Source: Octopus sinensis (taxonomy: Eukaryota). From it: DNA of 64,000 nucleotides. A program made the position numbers and the translations under genes. The notes beneath the pieces were generated by a model. The model worked only from the letters and a program-made list of their open reading frames with translations. It was not told the origin of the DNA and made no database searches. The stretch lies in NCBI RefSeq assembly GCF_006345805.1, contig NC_043025.1, positions 7,006,001 through 7,070,000 of the forward strand, read 5' to 3'. Of this stretch, positions 55,172 through 64,000 are shown piece after piece (position 1 is the stretch's first letter; each line of letters opens with the position of its first letter).

Positions 55172-57730
55172 GTGTGTGTGTGTGTGTATACATATATATA
55201 TATATATACATGTGTGATATCTATATATAGATTATATTATATTATATTCACATACATGAACACATACATATATATGTACATAATTATATATAAATTTATA
55301 TATATATATGCATATACATGTGTCTGTGTTTCATATGCATATATATATATATATATTATATATATATATATATAGTATATATTATATATATATATGTATA
55401 TATATATATGTATATATATATATGTGTGTATATAAATGTATATATATATATGTATATATACATATGAAACACAGGCACACGTATATGCATGTGTGTCTGT
55501 ATATGTATGTATGTATGTATGTGTGTGTGTTAAAGAGCATCAACATCCGGAAGGGAGACAATGTGTGTGTGTGTGTGTGTGTGTTTGTGTGTGTATATGT
55601 ATGTGTGCACGTATCTACGCGTTAATTGTAACTGTACGCAATAACACGGGCAACAAATATGTATATATATATATATGTATGTATATATATATATATGTAT
55701 GTATATGTAATAAATATATATATTTTTCTATAATTCTTGCTTGATACTAAACGACGGGGACATATGCAAACGTCCACATACATACATATTTATGTAATAT
55801 ATATATATATATAAATATATATCTATATATATACATAGATATATATATATAATTGTATAATATTATATATTACATATAATATATAATATATGTATATGAT
55901 ATATTATATATTATATACATATATATAGTATATATTATATATGTACATATATATATATATGTATATATATACAAAACCTATTGAATTTTTTCATTTAAAA
56001 TTTTTATACATTTCCAATTTTATAAATATATTTTTATTAAAACCCATTTTCATCTCCGCGTTTTCTGAAATAAAACTATTTTCTTGGTAAAAAAAAAAAT
56101 TAAAATTTTCTTTTCACTTTCATTTTACCAATTCGCTTTTTTAAAGGAATTATTTTTTCCTCCTCCTTTCCTCATCTCTCTTTCTATTTATCCACCCTTT
56201 CTAATTTTCCCTCTCTATCTCGCTCTTATTTTCATATTCTTTCTTCCTCCCTCTTCTTTTCTCTTTGCATTCTCTTTCTCACTGTTTTAATTTTTCTTTC
56301 CGTTTTCCCTCCGTCTCTCTCTTCTGTATTTCCTCTCTCACTCTCTCCCATCTCTCTGTTGTTGGTAAAAAAAAAAAATTAAAATTTTCTTTTCACTTTC
56401 ATTTTACCAATTCGCTTTTTTAAAGAAACATCTTTTCCTCCTCCTTTCCTTACCTCTCTTTCAATTTATTCCCCCTTTCTAATTTTCCCTCTCTATATCT
56501 CTGTTTGTTTTACTATTTCCCCTTTCCTCTCATCTTTTCCTCCTCCTTTCCTCACCTCTCTTTCTATTTATTTACCCTTTCTAATTTTCCCTCTCTATAT
56601 CTCTGTTTGTCTAACTATCTTCCCCTCTCCTCTCACTTTTATTTTCATATATTCTTTCTTCCTCCCTCTTCTTTTCTCTTTGCATTCTCTTTCTCACTGT
56701 TTTAATTTTTCTTTCCGTTTTCCCTCCGTCTCTCTCTATTGTCTTTCTTCTCTCCCTCTCTTCCCATCTCCCTATTGTTTCTTCTTCTCTTCCTCTGTAT
56801 CCCTCTCTCTCTCTCTCCTCCCCTTCTTTAAGTCTCTTTAATTTTTCATCTTTGTTTCCCTTCTATCAATCAGAGAAGAAGCTAAGCTCTATAGCCTCTC
56901 TCTAATATATAACATATATAGGCATATGTATATATATATATGTATATATATACACTCACACACATGAAATAGAAGTGTGTGAGTGTATATATAAAACATA
57001 CATACGTATACACACGGATAATTGTATGTAGAATACTTTTTTTTTGCATTTACTCTGATTTCGTTGTTGTTTATATATATATACATATATATATATAATT
57101 CCGTGCTATATTATATATATACACTGCATTATATACCTCAGTTGATATATATACTTCAGATGTAAATATACAGCTCACATTACACAGATACCTGGCTACA
57201 TCCACACACACACATATATATATACATATATACATATATATATGCACACATATACATAATATTTATCCATATATATATAATATATTCAACACGAATGAAT
57301 ATGCATGTATATGTACATATGTATATATTTGAATACCTAAGTGTTTGAGCTTGCTAAATGTAAAACACCAGTATATATACACACATATATACACACATAT
57401 AAACACAGATATATTCATGTCAACGTATAAATGTGACTGTATAGCTAATTATATACACAGGACACTACATACATGTATGTCAACATACGAATGATCACCT
57501 ACATATTTAACATTCAACAGTATATATAACAAATATATATACACACTGTAACACACACACATACATACATACACTATATATAATATATATATGTCCCTGT
57601 CTGTGACAGAGTATATATATGTATATAAATATAATATATAGAGCCATCTGAATGCTAATGTATACATTCAACTACTATTAGCCGCCAGATATACATACAT
57701 ACACACATATATACATAAGTATATATACAC
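54920..57730. repeat. Low-complexity TA/TG microsatellites plus a duplicated polypyrimidine block (56085-56830)
   Basis: Direct reading; TTGGTAAAAAAAAAAATTAAAATTTTC at about 56083 and 56362. Confidence 0.9.
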
Positions 57731-60476
57731 ACCTGTTAATTACAAAAAGCTTAGTCATTTTGGTGCCCGATGTGTGGATAAAAGGTAGAAATAGACATAG
57801 AAAAAAAAGTTTGGTGACATTAAAGGTAAGTCCCTTTGTGATTTCTAATCTTGTATTATCCCTGGATTACTGTTTTTTCGGGTTCAACTACTCCCCTTCT
57901 GTTTTGTTATTAACCCTTTCTTTACCTCATGATGATAACAGTGACGATATCCTTCTTACCCCCTCCCCATTAAGGGCCTATATATGTATATATAGGGTGA
58001 TAGGCTATTTCTTTAAGTGCTGTCCTTGTATATAACCCCATATAGTATTTCCTACAATGCAACAAATAGACAGAGAGAAAAAAATTTGGTGTCAGATAGG
58101 TGGACTATTTAGCTTACTGTTTCCCAGGGGTCAAACCCCGTCCCCTTTTAGAGTGATATTATTATCCTCTTATTTGACAATATATTTAACCCTTCTGAAT
58201 TGGTTGTCTATATTTTATTTGCATATTAAGATCTACCCTTATATAATTTTAGACCGTGTTACCCCCTACAATGCAACACGTGATATTTAACCTAATATTA
58301 TGACTGGCCTACTGTTTTTAAGGGTCAACAATTTCCCATCTCGTCTGATATCATTAATCTCATCTCTAATTGACCCTATCTGTGTTAGCCCTCCGGAACC
58401 TGGGGTCTGTGTGTATTTTCGTTTGTTGTGTTTTGTTAATTTTTTGAAACATATATATATTTTTTAAGGACTCATATAATCACACATCGTGTTATTCCTT
58501 ACTCTGTGATTGTCCTTTTTGTTTGGCTGTCGTTAACCCTACATTTGTGTGTTCCTTAATTAGCCCTACTTTTAGTAGTTACCCCCCATTCTGCAATCAC
58601 ACATCGTGTTATTCCTTACTCTGTGAATATCCTTTTTGTTTGGCTGTCGTTAACCCTACATTTGTGTGTTCCTTAATTAGCCCTACATATACCATATATT
58701 AAACATATACCAGATTTTGTCATATTTTGATGATGAGACAGACGTTTGAAGTAGATGTCCTTCGAAGTCACCAACCTCATGGGAAAAGTAAAAAGGTGAC
58801 GGATGTAGTGGTTAGTGAAAATGTAATATTTTTTTTTTTCAGAATACTAAGTTTGATTGTATAAATGACAGGAATATAAATACATAAATAAATAACGGGG
58901 GAGGAAAAAACCTCTTTTTCTTTCCCATAACGTGTGGGACCTTTTATGTTCCTTATTTTTTTATGCCCCTTCTTTTTATGTTCCTGATTTCACATGAGGT
59001 AACCCCGCTGTACTTTAAGTACATTAACCTATATGTATGTGGACGTTTTTTTCGTTAACCCTAAAGTTCTTTTCATTATTTAACCCCGACATTGTGTTAA
59101 CCCACAACACAAAACATTGTACCGATTGTTAAAATGTTCTTACTAACATCCTTTTTTTTGGGTTAACCTTTTTTCCATTTTATTTTATAACTGTACATTG
59201 TGTTACCTCCACCACCACCACCACCACACATTGTACCCGTTTTAACATATACTACTAACCTTTTTCTTTTTGCTAACCCTTATGCCTTTTTTATGATCCT
59301 ATGTTACCCCTTCCACCGCCAACACTAAACATTGTGCCCATTGTAAACATGTTACTATCCCTTTTCTTTTTTATAACCTTTCATTGTGTTACCCCACAAC
59401 ACATTAAAATGTACCCCTATGCATATTGTGCCCATTGTAAACATGTCACTATCCCTTTTCTTTTTTATAACCTTTCATTGTGTTACCCCACAACACATTA
59501 AAATGTACCCCTATGCATGTTTTATCTTGTTTTTGCTGTTGTTAATAACCTTACATTTGTCCTTTTTATTTGCTTTAGTCATTAGACTGCGGCCTTGCTG
59601 GGGCACTGCCTTGAAGAACTTTTAGTTGAATGATTCTACCCCAGTACTTTATTTTCAAAGCCTGGTACTTAATCTATCAATCTCTCTAGCTGTGGGACGT
59701 AAACATACCAACACCAGTTAAGTAGTGGTGGTGGACAAACACAAAGAGACACACATGAATATATATATATATATATATATATATACAAATTGAGATAGGG
59801 GTTGTAAATGCAACCCTCCATGGGATAGACCTTAAAGTTTCTTATGTGGTGGTTTAATAAAGTATATGATTGGGTATTATCTGGTAATTGATATTTGATT
59901 TGGGTGTATTTCTCCATTTTCTTATTTTGTATATATATATATATATATATTGACAGGCTTCTTTCAGTTTCTATTTACCAAATCCACCTAAAAGGCTTTG
60001 GTCAGCCTGAGGCTATAAGTTGAAGACACTTGCCCAAGGTACCACCCAGTGGGACTGAACCCGGAACCATGTGGTTTGGAAGCAAGCTTCTTTCCACACA
60101 GCCATGCCTGCACCTATATACATACACAACTGTTTATTTCTCCCTTTCATTTATTTTCCTTATTTAACCCCTACATTGTGTTACCCCTCTACACAATACA
60201 GGTGTTTTTTTTTAATTAGTCCTACAGTCCACCACCATTTTACACTCCTTTTCTTTTTTTCATGCTAGCATGGGTAGGACAGTTCAGCAGGAACCCCTGA
60301 GCCAAAGGGCTGTGCTAAGCTCCACCTTCTGCTTTGATATGGTTTCTGTGGATGGATGCTCTTTAATGCCAACGACTTTATAGAATGAACTGGGTCCTTA
60401 GCGGTGTCGGGGGTACCAGCACTGGTGAGATCACCAAATACACACAAGACACGACCCCCCAATTGAGTGGGGTAAG

Positions 60477-60822
60477 GTGGCGAGCTGGCAGAAACGTTAG
60501 CACGCCGGGCGAAATGCTTAGCGGTATTTCGTCTGCGTTACGTTGTGAGTTCAAATTCCACTGAGGTTGACTTTGCCTTTCATCCTTTTGGGGTCGATAA
60601 ATTAAGTACCAGTTACGCACTGGGGTCGATGTAATCGACTTAATACCTATGTCTGTCCTTGTTTGTCCCCTCTACGTTTAGCCCCTTGTGGGTAATAAAG
60701 AAATAGGTATTTCGTCTGCTGTTACGTTGTGAGTTCAAATTCCGCCGAGGTCGACTTTGCCTTTCATCCTTTCGGGGTCGATAAATTAAGTACCAGTTAC
60801 GCTCTGGGGTCGATGTAATCGA
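60477..60822 (+). mobile_element. SINE family B dimer
   Basis: GGCGAGCTGGCAGAAACGTTAGCACGCC head, then AAAGAAATAGGTATTTCGTCTG junction into a second unit. Confidence 0.85.
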
Positions 60823-61124
60823 CGGGGTGAATACAGAGCTTCCTCATTTGAAAGGAGAGAGAGAGAGAGAGGGATATGTGGGGGTTAAGGTACAAGGTGA
60901 AAATGCGAGACAGAGTTTGGGATAGCAGAACAGAAATTATGGGTGGGCAGGTAAGTTCACAGTGGAGGTGCCTAGCTTAGTGGTTAGGGTGTTAGACTCA
61001 TGATCGTAAGATTGTGGTTTCGATTCCTGGACCGGGCGATGCAGTGTGCTCTTGAGCAAAACACTTCATTTCACGTTGCCCCACATCACTCAGCTGGCAA
61101 AAATGAGTAATCCTGCAAACAGAC

Positions 61125-61515
61125 GCAGGAGTGGCTGTGTGGTAAGTAGCTTGCTAAACAACCACATGGTTCCGGGTTCAGTCCCACTGCGTGGCACCTT
61201 GGGCAAATGTCTTCTGCTATAGCCTCGGGCCGACCAATGCCTTGTGAGTGGATTTGGTAGATGGAAACTGAAAGAAGCCCGTCGTATATATGTATATATA
61301 TATATAAATATGCATGTGTGTGTTTGTCCCCCTAGCATTGCTTGACAATCGATGCTGGTGTGTTTACGTCCCCATCACTTAGCGGTTCAGCAAAAGAGAC
61401 CGATAGAATAAGTACTACTGGGCTTACAAAAGAATAAGTCCTGGGTTCGAGTTGCTCGATTAAAGGCGGTGCTCCAGCATGGCCGCAGTCAAATGACTGA
61501 AACAAGTAAAAGAGA
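61125..61515 (+). mobile_element. Family A SINE
   Basis: Same diagnostic blocks. Confidence 0.85.
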
Positions 61516-61604
61516 AAGAGAGACTGGTGTCCCATCTAGGTGGGGAATTTACCGAATCATCATAACGCAAGAAGGTAGCTTGAAGGTAACCATGCGCCTC
61601 TTTT

Positions 61605-62345
61605 TAGTGGAGGTGTGCATGGTCTAGTGGTTAGGGTGTTGGACTCATGCTCGTAAGATTGTGGTTTCAATTCCTGGACCGGGCGTCGCGTTGTGTTCTT
61701 GAGCAAAACACTTCATTTCACGTTGCTCCAGTCCACTCAGCTGGCGAAAATGAGTAAGGCTGCGATGGATTAGGGTGTCAGCACCATGATTGTAAGATTG
61801 TGGTTTCAATTCCTGGACCGGGCGACGCATTGTGTTCTTGAGCAAAACACTTCATTTCATGTTGCTCCAGTCCACTCAGCTGGCAAAAATGAGTAAGGCT
61901 GCAATGGATTAGGGTGTCAGCACCATGATCGTAAGATTGTGGTTTCAATTCCTGGACAAGGCGACGCGTCATGTTCTTGAGCAAAACACTTCATTTCACA
62001 TTGCTCTAGTCCACTCAGCTGTCAAAAATGAGTAAGGCTGCGATGGATTAGGGTGTCAGCACCATGATCGTAAGATTGTGGTTTCAATTCCTGGACCGGG
62101 CGACGCGTTGTGTTCTTGAGCAAACCACTTCATTTCACGTTGCTCCAGTCCACTCAGCTGGCAAAAATGAGTAAGGCTGCGATGGATTAGGGTGTCAGCA
62201 CCATGATCGTAAGATTGTGGTTTCAATTCTTGGACCGGGCGACGCGTTGTGTTCTTGAGCAAACCACTTCATTTCACGTTGCTCCAGTCCACTCAGCTGG
62301 CAAAAAGGGAGCAACCGTGTGATGGATCAGTGACCCAACCAGGTG
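61605..62345 (+). repeat. Tandem array of five 139-bp SINE head plus CORE units
   Basis: GGATTAGGGTGTCAGCACC recurs at 61767, 61906, 62045 and 62184 (period 139). Confidence 0.9.
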
Positions 62346-63253
62346 GGGAATATATGTGCCATGAAACTAGGAAACCGGGCCCCTGATATGTTGGCATGAG
62401 TCAAAAAGGTAACTTCACCTTTACCGCCTTCACCAAGTAAGTTCACAAGAGTGCAAAAGGTAACAGATGAGTGGAGATATGGGGGGGGGGGGCTGGGGTG
62501 GATGCAGTGAATATCAGTTTGGCTGAGGAGAAGGAAACGAAATAGGTGTGGGTGAGAGAGGAGGAGGAGGTGACAGGGACCAGTAGTAGGGATACAATGT
62601 GAAATGTAGTGGGGCTGGTGGGGTAAATGATATCATTTTGCAGCAACTGAGTGAGTAGTACCGCAGGAAATTGATAGCTGGGATAGGTGTTAGAAGATGG
62701 GTGTTGCTGGGGGAGGTTTAATAAGATCTCAATTCTGTGGGGCAGGATGGGTCTTCTCAAGCGCAGTATTTCAGCACTTAGCTTGGTCCCTTGTCATTTG
62801 TTCCTGAAAACCCCATATTGTAATACCCCACTCCACGACACTATATTATTAATACGTGCTTCCCTACTGTTTTCCTCCCTTTGATCCTCTAGTCGTGATC
62901 CCATTTTATTCCATAAATTATGTTACCCCTATACCACGACACATTAACAAACACTAGTATCCTTTTTTTTTTTTTTTGCCTTTTTTGTAGCCATTTGTGG
63001 AAGCACATTGCTTAGTGGTTAGGGCAGCGTTTCTCAACCGGGCTTCCCTGGAACCCTAGGGTTCCACAAAAGGTTCCTAGGGGTTCTACGAGAAATAGTG
63101 AGATAAGCTTATGCTAATTTCATGATCGTAGTATTACTACACATGCACACCATATTATTGTGATATTGACATTATCCTATCTATTATGTTCTCCAAAAAA
63201 CATAACAACCATTGGGGATATTTCGTGATGGACACCATATATATATATATATA

Positions 63254-63630
63254 GTGACGCATATTTGCCATTTGAATATGGCTAACCCCTAAGGGTGGAT
63301 GCTACTGTAGTTTGTAGCCTTGTAGCCCCAGGAAGATATCTCCTCCAGCTGGCTATAGACACACTATCTGTGCCCTCTCAGTATTTGTGAAGGGAAGTCA
63401 TCCTCCCCGTCTTCAACTCATGATACACACAGACTCGAGTTTCAAGGTGTGTTTCAAGGTCCGTGTGTATCATGAGTTGAAGACGGGGAGGATGACTTCC
63501 TTCACAAATACTGAGAGGACACAGATAGTGTGTCTATAGCCAGCTGGAGGAGATATCTTCCTGGGGCTACAAACTACAGTAGCATCCACCCTTAGGGGTT
63601 AGCCATATTCAAATGGCAAAAATGCGTCAC
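63254..63630. mobile_element. Second palindromic element of the hammerhead-bearing family (ribozyme 5' half absent)
   Basis: Inverted arms 63254-63434 and 63459-63630; arms similar to 163-387; centre carries GAAAC-TCGA-GTC on the minus strand (63432-63443). Confidence 0.75.
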
Positions 63631-63677
63631 GATGTGTTACCACTACTGTTTATAACTCACTCTGAGATTTATCATTG

Positions 63678-63718
<41 letters not shown>

Positions 63719-64000
63719 CGGCTATCTGGCCTCTGTGCCGGTAGCATGTAAAAGACACCATCCAAGCGTGATCGTTACCAGCATCGCCTTACTGGCACGT
63801 GTAAAAGATTCGAGCGAGGTTGTTGCCAGTACCGCCTGACTGGCCCCTGCCTGTTGCACATAAAAGGCACCCACTACACCCTCAGAGTGGTTGGTGTTAG
63901 GAAGGGCATCCAGCTGTAGAAACATTGCCAGATCAGTTTGGAGCTTGGTGCGGCCTCCTGGTTCGCCAGACCCCAGTCAAAACCATCCAACCCATGCCAG

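Overview
AT-rich, repeat-saturated animal genomic DNA. The microsatellite load and SINE complement point to an Octopus/coleoid cephalopod, which is an inference. The only protein-coding gene I can support is the 5' part of polybromo-1 (PBRM1/BAF180) on the minus strand. It has five coding exons (28073-27963, 20650-20553, 17989-17842, 15928-15131, 7712-7545) with canonical GT-AG sites and consistent phases, giving 441 aa that cover bromodomain 1 and most of bromodomain 2. The gene continues beyond position 1. Its BD1-BD2 linker is expanded to about 200 aa of Ala/Gly/Thr-rich low-complexity sequence. The rest of the window is introns and upstream DNA. It contains tRNA-derived SINEs (several as head-to-tail multimers), CR1, RTE and Penelope-like fragments, mariner, hAT, piggyBac and Merlin-like MITEs, non-autonomous Helitrons, a 4.6-kb 107-bp higher-order minisatellite and kilobase-scale TA/CA microsatellites. 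The most notable signal is a set of type-I hammerhead-ribozyme motifs in short Penelope-like non-autonomous elements. Two of these elements are near-perfect head-to-head palindromes (163-635 and 63254-63630). A third member of that family has a canonical catalytic core (44536-44575), and a second family has a canonical core with a long stem II (52965-53090). Repeat boundaries are approximate and were read by eye; no searches or folding were run.
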